Source: Escherichia coli
Lineage (GTDB): Bacteria > Pseudomonadota > Gammaproteobacteria > Enterobacterales > Enterobacteriaceae
Direction: 5' to 3' (one strand)
NCBI RefSeq assembly: GCF_003334405.1
Contig: NZ_QOWM01000005.1
DNA length: 64,000 nucleotides
Shown here: piece after piece, positions 1 to 9,169 of the stretch
Layout: every line of letters begins with the position of its first letter
Position numbering within the stretch: position 1 is the first letter of the stretch
Made by a program: the position numbers and the translations under genes
The notes under the pieces: generated by a model
Told to the model about the DNA's origin: nothing
The model's input: only the letters and a program-made list of their open reading frames with translations
Databases searched by the model: none

Positions 1-1155
1 TAATTTTAAAATTAATTCACCGGCATCAGGCGAATGTATCAGCGTAGCTAAATGTGAACCACACTTGCAAGAATTGAAGTTGCTGTCCACTTTAAATTTA
101 AAGCGTCCGTTAGCAACCTCAGCATATCGGTAATTTTCATTCTCACTTTTCTCTTTTAGTTCGATCCTGAATTCATTATTGATATTTTCTAAGCAATATA
201 AGAATTTTTCTATCTCATATTCGTTAGTTTCAATCCAAAGAGCAATTGCAAAACCCTTTAAGGTAGATAAATGCTTATCCGATAAGATTTTAGACAGCTC
301 AATGAAAAAATCATGATGATCACAAGTCATAGCATCGAACTCGCCCTCAAGATAATCGGCATCCACGCCTAATTTTGCAGCATAAGCCTGAATGTTATTT
401 TTTATACACTCTATAACTTCTGCTTCTGGTGGTAAATTATTTTCTGAGGGTAGGAAAACATTTTTAATACAATCTGAATTTATTCCTCTGCTTTTAACTT
501 GATCGGCATCGTAAACAGATACTATGTTCAGGCCAGAGCTATCTTTATAATGCTCAGATACTTTTTGTATATTAGATTCACCTTGTAGATTATGTAAGTA
601 ACATGTAGAGTAAAGATGTGTGTTTTTTATTTTTAAGATATATTCAAGTACAAGTTTTGCAAAGTCATCCTCTATCAGGAAAATATTTTTCCTTTCAGGA
701 GCTAAACCCAGTGCATTGAAATATCTATAATTATATCCACAATTTGATATGGTATATTTTTTGCCTTTTTTAGCTAAGACTAATACTGAGTTTAAGCCTT
801 GAGGGCTGAGTATGTGTTCAGAGTGAGTAGCCATCAAAACATTTAATTTTTTAGTATCGATTGTGTAGGCTAAAAAATCCATGAAATTTTTCTGGCTTAC
901 CGGGCAAATAAAACTCTCTGGCTCTTCAATGAAGAGGATTGAATTTTTTTCCGTATAAATAAGTTTCCAGATTGCTATAAGTAACTTATGTTCTCCTTGC
1001 CCCATACTCTCTGACGTATAAACTATATTACTGTTAACCTCTTTAACCTCAAAGTATGGGAAAGTTAAATCATCAATAATTCCTTCTACCTCATTAACTT
1101 TTACATACTCATATTTCTTGCCTGTGATTTTCTGAACAAAAAAAAAGATTTTCAT
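1..1155 (-). CDS. Distal part of an OLD/ABC-type ATPase-nuclease (Walker B, H-loop, Toprim-like motifs); 3' end lies beyond the window start
   Basis: Minus-strand frame from ATG at 1155..1153 stays open to position 1 (absent from the ORF track, translated by hand: MKIFFFVQKITGKKYEYV...). Walker B-like ILFIEEPE (~917..940), H-loop-like LMATHSEH, then NIFLIEDDF (~663..690) and VYDAD (~500..517) resembling Toprim E and DxD motifs. Confidence 0.5.
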   Translation of the reverse strand, partial: MKIFFFVQKITGKKYEYVKVNEVEGIIDDLTFPYFEVKEVNSNIVYTSESMGQGEHKLLIAIWKLIYTEKNSILFIEEPESFICPVSQKNFMDFLAYTIDTKKLNVLMATHSEHILSPQGLNSVLVLAKKGKKYTISNCGYNYRYFNALGLAPERKNIFLIEDDFAKLVLEYILKIKNTHLYSTCYLHNLQGESNIQKVSEHYKDSSGLNIVSVYDADQVKSRGINSDCIKNVFLPSENNLPPEAEVIECIKNNIQAYAAKLGVDADYLEGEFDAMTCDHHDFFIELSKILSDKHLSTLKGFAIALWIETNEYEIEKFLYCLENINNEFRIELKEKSENENYRYAEVANGRFKFKVDSNFNSCKCGSHLATLIHSPDAGELILKL

Positions 1156-1603
1156 TTAGCAAATGATAAGAATTTGATGTATTGAACCATCCATTTTTGT
1201 TTGGCGATGTGTTTATTTCGTTTATGATTTTTAATGCCATTGATGAAGCATCAAAATATTCAACATTTCTTAGTCCATCACCCAAAGACGAAGTGAAAGT
1301 TTGTTTCTCTCCATTAATTATTATATCAATGGAGATATTATCAATATCAGAAGAGCTAAAAATCCCAACATTACATATATCTTTCGACAGTATACCATAG
1401 ATAAGTTTCAATAACGACGTTTTACCAATGCCATTTCTTCCACATATAGAGGTTAAAGCTGAGTTTATCGTAATATCAGCATCTTCAAAGAGTGGTACAT
1501 TCTTAATGGATAAACTACATATTTTAATATTAAACTTTTTCCTGTTTGCCACATGATTCCAATAATCAGCTAATTTTGCCATTTTAATTGTTTCTATTGA
1601 CAT
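1109..1603 (-). CDS. N-terminal fragment of the same P-loop ATPase (Walker A), in a different frame from the downstream part
   Basis: 164-aa ORF with Walker A ICGRNGIGKTSLL (~1418..1444); stop at 1111..1109 lies 47 nt inside the 1..1155 frame; the overlap contains an A9/T9 run at 1138..1146. Confidence 0.55.
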   Translation of the reverse strand: MSIETIKMAKLADYWNHVANRKKFNIKICSLSIKNVPLFEDADITINSALTSICGRNGIGKTSLLKLIYGILSKDICNVGIFSSSDIDNISIDIIINGEKQTFTSSLGDGLRNVEYFDASSMALKIINEINTSPNKNGWFNTSNSYHLLNENLFFCSENHRQEI

Positions 1604-2799
1604 GTAGTTACCCCCGCTAAAACAGAATCTGCATAATTGTTGACGACGCTTATCAGATTCTTTTCATTTTCATGATAAAGTGCTCTATGCGCAGTTTTTA
1701 GATTATTTTTTTTCATCGTATTGAACACATCTGCTTTACTGGGGTCACTCTTCAAGAAAAATAGAGATATTATAAAGTCTCTGATGAGTAAGGAAGTACC
1801 AGTCATTACTCTTGATACAGCCCTAAAATTAAATTCTTCCAATAACTCCTTTACTTCATCTTTATTTTCACAATAAAACAATCCATCCAACACTCCCTCT
1901 TCTCTGAAAACGAATCTACCACTTTCAAAGCGGTAAAAGAAATCACTAAGGCTATCGTCTAAATTATAATTCGATTTTAAAATGGTTGAAAAAAAATAAA
2001 GCCATGAAGTTAAAGTGGCTTTTGTTATATGAACCTTACTTTCTTCACTATCAATCTTTTTCTTTGCCTTACTTAATATTAAAATGGATTTTTTTACTAG
2101 TTCTATGATTGAATTATCAAAAGGCTCATCTTCACGAGCCCTGTCGTTTAATTGCTTTTCTGTATAAGAAGCAATCAATGAATCCTTCTCAAGCATGTAG
2201 CAAAGTTTAATGAAAAGATCATGGTATGCCATCCTTTGATTACTAAAGCCTAGAAAGTGCTTGTCAAGCCCACAATCCGACATATAATCTACGAGAGATT
2301 TTATCTGGTTTCTTAAATCGCCAACATAAGCATTTCTCTTTTCTGCTGAAGTTAATTTAAGAGATTCATTCAATCTGTTGAATAGTTCACCGGGCTCTCC
2401 CTGATTGTATTCAACAATCTCAAATACTCGAATGGCATACCGTTCAAATCTGTTTTTTATTCTTTGAGGTAATTTATCAAAAGTTAATCCATCTAATTCT
2501 TTGATATCATCATCAATAGGTTCAATTAATCCATTTATTTTGAATTTATTATACATGAAATCTCTTATGGCACTTAATCGTTGCTGTCCATCGAGAACTT
2601 CTTGAATATAGGAATCTTCATTTAAAATAACATGGACAGGTGGAACCTGCCACCCTCTTAGAATAGTATCGATTAAAAGTTTTTTCTTCGGAAGTTGCCA
2701 GACTTCCGCCCTCTGGAAATCGGGTTGGAGATCTAGACTTCCTTCATGAATCCTAGAAAATATAGTCCTCAAATCTGGATCTGTAGTATTTATTTTCAT
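1594..2799 (-). CDS. DUF262 (ParB/Srx-like, GmrS N-terminal type) domain protein; no DUF1524/HNH partner domain apparent
   Basis: 401-aa ORF with LQPDFQR...VW and LDGQQRLSAI motifs (~2580..2603) near the N-terminus; start overlaps the upstream gene stop (ATGA at 2796..2799); AT-rich. Confidence 0.7.
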   Translation of the reverse strand: MKINTTDPDLRTIFSRIHEGSLDLQPDFQRAEVWQLPKKKLLIDTILRGWQVPPVHVILNEDSYIQEVLDGQQRLSAIRDFMYNKFKINGLIEPIDDDIKELDGLTFDKLPQRIKNRFERYAIRVFEIVEYNQGEPGELFNRLNESLKLTSAEKRNAYVGDLRNQIKSLVDYMSDCGLDKHFLGFSNQRMAYHDLFIKLCYMLEKDSLIASYTEKQLNDRAREDEPFDNSIIELVKKSILILSKAKKKIDSEESKVHITKATLTSWLYFFSTILKSNYNLDDSLSDFFYRFESGRFVFREEGVLDGLFYCENKDEVKELLEEFNFRAVSRVMTGTSLLIRDFIISLFFLKSDPSKADVFNTMKKNNLKTAHRALYHENEKNLISVVNNYADSVLAGVTTCQ

Positions 2800-5700
2800 T
2801 TCATTAACTCCCAGAATGCTTTATCACGCATTTTCCTAACTTTTTTATTTCCATCTATATACAGGCTAAAATGCTTCTCAAGTTGTCGTATCTGGCCCAT
2901 TAAAGACTCCTGCTCACTTTTATCGTCAATGTTAAATACCGCCTTAATGTCCGAATTCCTAATCTCAGAAACTCGATGAATTACCCAAGTGAGAATATAA
3001 GAAGCATAATTATTCTCGCCTGTTTTAAAGTGAGTAATTTCTTGTGTTGATAGAATCGCCCCTACACCATATTCACGGCCTTCTTTAAGGATTTTACGCA
3101 AGCTGGCAAAATCCTGGCGCATAAAGTTATCGGCTTCATCAACCAGAATCATTTTGGTTAACTGGCGATAATCACCTCGCACCGTCGGTTTCCCACGCTT
3201 TTGCATCTGCGCATAAAAAAGATCCAGTGTCAGTGCAACTACCAGGTTTTGAATCTCTGATGGATAACCAGCGAGTTCGATAACTGTGACTCCATCAACC
3301 AGATCGTACAAACTGGTCATCTTCTCTGGATCCGTTTCAAAAATCTGGAAACCAGCCAGATTATAAAGTGCAGCATATAATGAATCTTCGTCGACCTTCT
3401 CTTGTGCCAGGTACTGCTGCCACACATCTTCAATAGTCGGTGCTACACGATTCCATGTTGATCGATCATGAGGCACTATTCCTGCTAAGTCATAGCACTC
3501 CATTATTAACGTAACCAGCTTCATGCGTTGTTTTACGCCAAGGTTATACGCTTTGCCCATCGTTTCAGCGAATGCCATGGCCGTATGCCTCGGTAACATG
3601 GGCATATCACCAAATAACGATAACGGATTGTAAGGTAACAACGATAGCTGATACCTCTTAGCTCCCGTAGCTTCAAGAAACGCATCATCCACATAGTCGG
3701 ATTTATAGTCGAAGATCAACAAGCCAATCGGTTTACCGTCAACGTTGTAGGACTGATTGCGCATCAGTTGCGTAACCAGCGATTTAGTAAACTGGGTTTT
3801 CCCGGTGCCCATTGTTCCAATAATGCCGGTATTAGTATTCATGAACTTAGCGGTGTTGGTTGGTTCCCAGTACAATGGATTCTGACGCACAGCATCATGA
3901 CCAAACAAGATCTGTAATGGTGTATTGCGGACATTACTGGGGGTTAGTGCCGATGCTTCAGGTTGTGGAAGCTCCAGCGCAGAAATGGGCGGCGGCTCAG
4001 TTGTTGTTGCTACCTGTACTGGGTGTGAAGAATTGACATCACACTCTGGTTTGAGCAGATATTTTTCCGGCACCCGATAGCGTTCAGCTAGTGGAGGTTG
4101 ATCACCTTGTGCTGCAATTAACGATGGAAGCAATGAATAGGGGATTTCGATCTGTAGAATATTCTCTGCCGTTTCTTTATAAGAGAGATCAAAACAGGTT
4201 CCGCTGTCTACATGAGCTACCACAAAGCCTTCTGCATAATCAGCAAGCTCACCTAACTGATAGTCGCCAGTGAGCCACCATTCACGTCGTTCCAGCAGAG
4301 GGGATAGCTTGTCGTTATCCAGTACACCATACAGACGCAACTTCTCTACCTGCATTAATACTTGGCGGATAAAAAGTGCCCGGTATAGTTGTGATGCTAG
4401 AGTTTTCGGCCCAAGAATATCTTGCTGTAAATAGCGTTTTAGCTCGCGGGCCTGCTGCCCCGCATGGTTGTAATCGGGGCGAGCTCCTGTTTTTACTTCA
4501 AGTGGTAACAGATACAGGTTGTTATCTTTGAAACCGACAAAGAGCACATCGTCAGAGATCGCTCCTTTCTGATAACCCTGTAAATGGCGCGATAAATCGC
4601 TTTCTTTCATTCTCAGCCCGACGTTGCCGGACACGCGGATCATCTCAGCTACTGACAGTGGAATCCAGCAAATATCTGACTGGAGCAGCATAGACTGTAC
4701 GAATTTGTATGCACCGATAATGCCGTGTTTTTCTTTGCGCTCCTTTTCATTTGAACGCAACATTTTTAACAGCCACTCACCGTTAAAGGCATTAAATTCA
4801 GCAAGTAGTTGCTGGCTATCAACGGTGGATTGTCCTGTTTGAAGGAGACGCAGGAACAACTCAACCTGTTTTGTGACAGTTACGGCGTCATAACCAGCAC
4901 AACTGGTGTACTGGTCAGAGTAATGAATTAGTACGACATCTTTTTGACTAGTAAAGAAATCGAGTGTGACCTTAGGGTCGATAATTGTGGTCCAGAGAGA
5001 GCTATCATAAGAGCGATTCAGCAGTTGCTTAAAGTTACCGCTCACAGCCAGACTAATTCCCTGACCGTGATACTGGCTGTTGCTCTGCCGTGCCGGTTGC
5101 CACAGACAGCCTAACAAGCGGGCGAGACGCAGGGCGCAAGACGATTCAGTATCGACATTACGCAGACCAAACGCGGTAAAGTAAGCATCGCCTTGTGTTT
5201 CAGCCCCTTCGCCTGCAATCAAGCCATGACATAAAACCCCGCTGGCAGCATCCTCAATGCGAATTTGGCGGCAATCAACCGGTGCGGTGTTGGTGAAAAA
5301 TGCGAGATGGGCGTAAGCCAGTTGATCGCTTTCCGGTGGCAGGATAAATTTGCTGAATGTTAAGCGACTGCGAAGCAGATCGATCAACATATCGGCTTCA
5401 GAACGCCACGCACCGCTGTTCAGACCAAGATCATTTTTAAGTTGTTCATAGCTGCCGCTTTCGGCAAAGCGGTCAAAGGCATTGGGTAGCAGACGTTCGT
5501 CATAGCAGTTTACGTGTATCGAAATTGCGTTATCTTTTTCCTGCTTAAAATAATCTACCAGTCCCAGGAATAGCTCTCTGGCTTCTCCCATATTAATAGC
5601 ATTAATAACCAGGGCATTATTTCCTGCACTCTGGAACAGCCGAGAATAGGCATCTGTAAATTCGTTTAGCTTGTCTTTCACCAGACGCTTAACATATTCG

Positions 5701-7880
5701 TGGCTCATCTGGCGCTGGGGAACAATATCTATCCAGAAGCGGTTTTCTACCATCGGTTGTAACTGTGCGTATTCATGTTCGCTATGATACACAAATGGCA
5801 TTAGGCCAGAGACGACCAGACGATCTAGAGTAATCTCTGGTAATGAAGCGAAGGAAGCTGATGTGGGGTATCCGGGCTCGGCGATAATAGTTTCAGCTAG
5901 CTGTAAATGATAAGCCATTACCAATGGGTGCAGAGGCGAGAGACGTTCATAATCGTCGCCGCGGCAAATCCCCAGATGTAACAGACGTTTTTCCTGGATG
6001 GTTAATGCTCTGCTTAGACTGATTTGCTGTAATGCCTGTTCAAAAGTAGCGATCATGTGACTGACTAATACACGATATTCTGCTGACCATGACACCAGAC
6101 TCGGCAGGGTATTTCGACGTTGATAGTAAACGAACAATTGGTGGTACGCATTATGGAGGTCGGGATAGCTCGCCAGAAGCTCATCCAGTGCAAACTCACT
6201 ACCATTACTGCCAGTGCTGAGCAGATTACGCTCGATCAGGGCGTACTCTTGCATAAGCAACTGCTGGCGAACACCAACCACATTATGTTCGATATTGTCC
6301 AGGATGACGCGACCTTTCAACTTGTTCCAGGTTGCATTCCCTTCTTCTTTAAAGAGTTTATTGAAACGACCCTGATCAAAAAGCAGAGGCAGTGTTAATC
6401 CTTCCTCTGCTCCTGGACCTTCGATGTTAAACAGTAAACGGGAGTCACCTGAAATCAAGGTAAATTTGATCAGCTCACTTTGATTCGCCAGCGTTTCAAA
6501 ATTAACGAGTGCATAATGGCGGCAATCAACATCATCACTTTCTTCATCAAGTAAACAGGTCTTGTCGCCGAACTCTGCAATACGTAACTCATTATCTTCC
6601 AGTTGCAGAGTTAATTGACCTTTACCAGGTTCAATACGATAACAATGCTGGATTTCATTAAGCCAGAATTGCCCTTGTTCAACTAACAGCAGGCGAAACT
6701 TGTACTCTTCTGCTGAGTTATTGCGGTTAATGATTTCGAGGCTAAAGAAGCAGGGCCGACCATCAAAAGGCACTGATGCCAGTATCTTAGAGTTTCTCCC
6801 CCCGAGCCGGCTAGTACGCCAGAATCGTTCTTTCTGTAACGGACGATGATGAGCAATTTTTACCTGATTGTCCTGAAGGTCGTTACCCTGGAAGATAAAC
6901 TCCAGCTCAACTTGTGACTGCCCCGGTAGAACCTGAACCAGGACACTGATATCTCGTTTACCTGCTTTACTGGTGCTTTTGGCTCTTTGCCAGACCTCAC
7001 CGTTTTCAGCAGTAATGTTTTCCAACACCAGTTTCTGTTCACTGTTTTGTGCTTTTTCATTCAGGTAGACGGAGAAATCAAGCTCACGCCAATCGTCATT
7101 GTCAACGAAATGCTCCTGAATGAATTTTGCACTAAATTCAGTTAGTACATTCTCCAGTTGCCCGCTGTAGCGTTCAACACTGTCCTCTATCTGGCGATAT
7201 AACTTTTGGTTTTCATTGAGCCGGGCGCGCAACTGCTTATCACTAAAATTCAGCAGGTTATTATCGTTGAATAACTTTAGCTCTGAGAAATCCAGATTGC
7301 CGTCGTCCAGCAGACGGTATAACGATGAAAATCCAAAAACCGTAGCGCCTTCATCCAATATTGTTGTCAACTGATCGCCCAGCAAACAGCGGGATACTTG
7401 AGAACGGGCGCTGTCCGTTGTGATTAACTTTTCGAGCTGGTGACGGAAGGTTTCTGGATGCCAGATAGCATCCGGTGCAGCGACATCTTTGGTACTATTG
7501 AGTAAGGTATCCAGCATGCTGTTGTGGATAATCAACAACGCTGTCTGGGCAAAAATGCCATTGCGGCCAGAAACCTGATCGCGTAAATGAGAAATATAGT
7601 TTTCTGTGAATGCAGGGGTAGTGGTGCCGTGCAGTACCGGAATAAGCTGGATATTATTACATTGGACGTAGGTAAGAAATTGCTCCGGTGCAATTTCTAG
7701 TTTATTTCCATTTGCTAAAGAGTCGAAAGCCTTCCAGAGCTTTAAGGCGTTATCCGGATCGGGAGATTTAAACTGGTAGCGCTCACCAGGCTGGATGATG
7801 CTGCTAACCCATTCAATGAAGGTTTCTGCCAGATAGGTTTCATACTGTTTTACGGACATATACGGCGTCTCCACTGTCAC
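2796..7880 (-). CDS. Large (1694 aa) island protein with C-terminal HerA/FtsK-type P-loop ATPase; possibly DptH/DndH-like
   Basis: Walker A GTMGTGKT (~3795..3818), Walker B ILVDEAD (~3129..3143), then REYGVGAILSTQ (~3028..3080) resembling the HerA/FtsK arginine-finger and TQ motif. Candidate PD-(D/E)xK motif VLFVGFKD...LPLEVK (~4491..4540). Start could instead be the Met at 7859. Confidence 0.65.
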   Translation of the reverse strand: MTVETPYMSVKQYETYLAETFIEWVSSIIQPGERYQFKSPDPDNALKLWKAFDSLANGNKLEIAPEQFLTYVQCNNIQLIPVLHGTTTPAFTENYISHLRDQVSGRNGIFAQTALLIIHNSMLDTLLNSTKDVAAPDAIWHPETFRHQLEKLITTDSARSQVSRCLLGDQLTTILDEGATVFGFSSLYRLLDDGNLDFSELKLFNDNNLLNFSDKQLRARLNENQKLYRQIEDSVERYSGQLENVLTEFSAKFIQEHFVDNDDWRELDFSVYLNEKAQNSEQKLVLENITAENGEVWQRAKSTSKAGKRDISVLVQVLPGQSQVELEFIFQGNDLQDNQVKIAHHRPLQKERFWRTSRLGGRNSKILASVPFDGRPCFFSLEIINRNNSAEEYKFRLLLVEQGQFWLNEIQHCYRIEPGKGQLTLQLEDNELRIAEFGDKTCLLDEESDDVDCRHYALVNFETLANQSELIKFTLISGDSRLLFNIEGPGAEEGLTLPLLFDQGRFNKLFKEEGNATWNKLKGRVILDNIEHNVVGVRQQLLMQEYALIERNLLSTGSNGSEFALDELLASYPDLHNAYHQLFVYYQRRNTLPSLVSWSAEYRVLVSHMIATFEQALQQISLSRALTIQEKRLLHLGICRGDDYERLSPLHPLVMAYHLQLAETIIAEPGYPTSASFASLPEITLDRLVVSGLMPFVYHSEHEYAQLQPMVENRFWIDIVPQRQMSHEYVKRLVKDKLNEFTDAYSRLFQSAGNNALVINAINMGEARELFLGLVDYFKQEKDNAISIHVNCYDERLLPNAFDRFAESGSYEQLKNDLGLNSGAWRSEADMLIDLLRSRLTFSKFILPPESDQLAYAHLAFFTNTAPVDCRQIRIEDAASGVLCHGLIAGEGAETQGDAYFTAFGLRNVDTESSCALRLARLLGCLWQPARQSNSQYHGQGISLAVSGNFKQLLNRSYDSSLWTTIIDPKVTLDFFTSQKDVVLIHYSDQYTSCAGYDAVTVTKQVELFLRLLQTGQSTVDSQQLLAEFNAFNGEWLLKMLRSNEKERKEKHGIIGAYKFVQSMLLQSDICWIPLSVAEMIRVSGNVGLRMKESDLSRHLQGYQKGAISDDVLFVGFKDNNLYLLPLEVKTGARPDYNHAGQQARELKRYLQQDILGPKTLASQLYRALFIRQVLMQVEKLRLYGVLDNDKLSPLLERREWWLTGDYQLGELADYAEGFVVAHVDSGTCFDLSYKETAENILQIEIPYSLLPSLIAAQGDQPPLAERYRVPEKYLLKPECDVNSSHPVQVATTTEPPPISALELPQPEASALTPSNVRNTPLQILFGHDAVRQNPLYWEPTNTAKFMNTNTGIIGTMGTGKTQFTKSLVTQLMRNQSYNVDGKPIGLLIFDYKSDYVDDAFLEATGAKRYQLSLLPYNPLSLFGDMPMLPRHTAMAFAETMGKAYNLGVKQRMKLVTLIMECYDLAGIVPHDRSTWNRVAPTIEDVWQQYLAQEKVDEDSLYAALYNLAGFQIFETDPEKMTSLYDLVDGVTVIELAGYPSEIQNLVVALTLDLFYAQMQKRGKPTVRGDYRQLTKMILVDEADNFMRQDFASLRKILKEGREYGVGAILSTQEITHFKTGENNYASYILTWVIHRVSEIRNSDIKAVFNIDDKSEQESLMGQIRQLEKHFSLYIDGNKKVRKMRDKAFWELMK

Positions 7881-9165
7881 TCATTCTCTCCACATTTCCC
7901 ATGCGTTCATAAAACGCAACCAGCATTTGTGTAGACTGGTTATCCAGATAAAATCCGCGTTGCTCAAAACCACGTAGCAGCTCATGCAGACGGAGTTTTT
8001 TGTTTTTACCCACGGTAAGGTTAGTTAGTAGCAGTAGTCGATCCTGGTTCAGTACCAGCACTTTCCCCGCTCGGCCACGAACCTGAATGAAGTCAGTGCA
8101 AATCTGGCTTTCCAGCTCGTTGATGTATTTGCGATTTACCGCTGCTCGCTCGGTTTTCTTACCCTGAAACTGTTCAACGGCAACAGATAACAGCTGTTTA
8201 AAGGCATCTTCCAGGTTTGTAGCACGATCGCGTTCAGGAAGGTCTCGCTCCTCCTTACTAATGAACTTCTGTATATAATTATTGAGTTCATTTAGTACTC
8301 GATTCGATGTATCTGAATAACCTAAGCAATCTTGATATACCTGCCAAAGAGGGCGCTTTTCCTCACCTTTTACTTGTAATACCTCTAATGCAGAGAGTAC
8401 GGGGAATAATTTTTCACTTTGGCGGGCAAACCACTTATAGCCGAAGAGCTTTATTTTATCTCGTTCGGAGCTAGCTTTTTCAGTATCGAGGATAAAGAAC
8501 AATGATTTACTCTGCGGCTCGCCGTCTTGCCAGTTGTCCAGATTGAGCGCCAGTTGTGCGCACCAACTAAAGGCATACAAACGTAGAGTATTGGTCAGCT
8601 CCTGCAAAAGATATTGTGGGTGCTCTGCCAGAAACGCCAAATCAGACTGAAAACACGTTACCAGATAGGGTAAATAAGGTTGTTCTTTTGCAAATGGCCC
8701 CTCACCCAGTCGGATTAATTTTTTATTGAGCTTATTCAGCATCTCTTTTTCAATAAAATTCAACTTATCTTGTATCGGGTTATTAAGGCTAAAATCTCTC
8801 ATCAAATTGGCAAACAGTGTTCCAAGGCGTTTGTCGGCAGTCGAGCCTGCACTTATCTTTTCACCATCAAACTGAGCGTGGAACAGCAAGAACAGCGGGG
8901 AGACACGAAAAATATCCTGACTGGAAAAATACATCCGTTCCAGCACGGACAAGAACGCAGGTTCATCGATCAATATTTGCAGATGAGTTTTACAATCCTC
9001 GCGAAACTGCTCGAGACTGTATGTATCGATTTTATACTTCACGGCATAGCTCAGTACTAAACCTGTGACGATTTGCCAGTCAATATTGTTATTCTTATTA
9101 CGTATTGGAAGGTAGCTATCCAGCTGGTTATTACTAACTTTTAAATTTGTTGCAATGGGATACAT
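7840..9165 (-). CDS. 441-aa island protein with no recognisable motif; possibly DptG/DndG-like
   Basis: ORF sits 4 nt downstream of the 549-aa gene and overlaps the 1694-aa gene start by 41 nt; AT-rich codon usage. Confidence 0.6.
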   Translation of the reverse strand: MYPIATNLKVSNNQLDSYLPIRNKNNNIDWQIVTGLVLSYAVKYKIDTYSLEQFREDCKTHLQILIDEPAFLSVLERMYFSSQDIFRVSPLFLLFHAQFDGEKISAGSTADKRLGTLFANLMRDFSLNNPIQDKLNFIEKEMLNKLNKKLIRLGEGPFAKEQPYLPYLVTCFQSDLAFLAEHPQYLLQELTNTLRLYAFSWCAQLALNLDNWQDGEPQSKSLFFILDTEKASSERDKIKLFGYKWFARQSEKLFPVLSALEVLQVKGEEKRPLWQVYQDCLGYSDTSNRVLNELNNYIQKFISKEERDLPERDRATNLEDAFKQLLSVAVEQFQGKKTERAAVNRKYINELESQICTDFIQVRGRAGKVLVLNQDRLLLLTNLTVGKNKKLRLHELLRGFEQRGFYLDNQSTQMLVAFYERMGNVERMSDSGDAVYVRKTV

Positions 9166-9169
9166 GATG

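Noticed and set aside
8770-9068. Two plus-strand ORFs (96 and 83 aa) inside the 441-aa island gene
   Set aside because: Antisense to a tightly coupled operon gene, with no start context or motifs; most likely chance ORFs.
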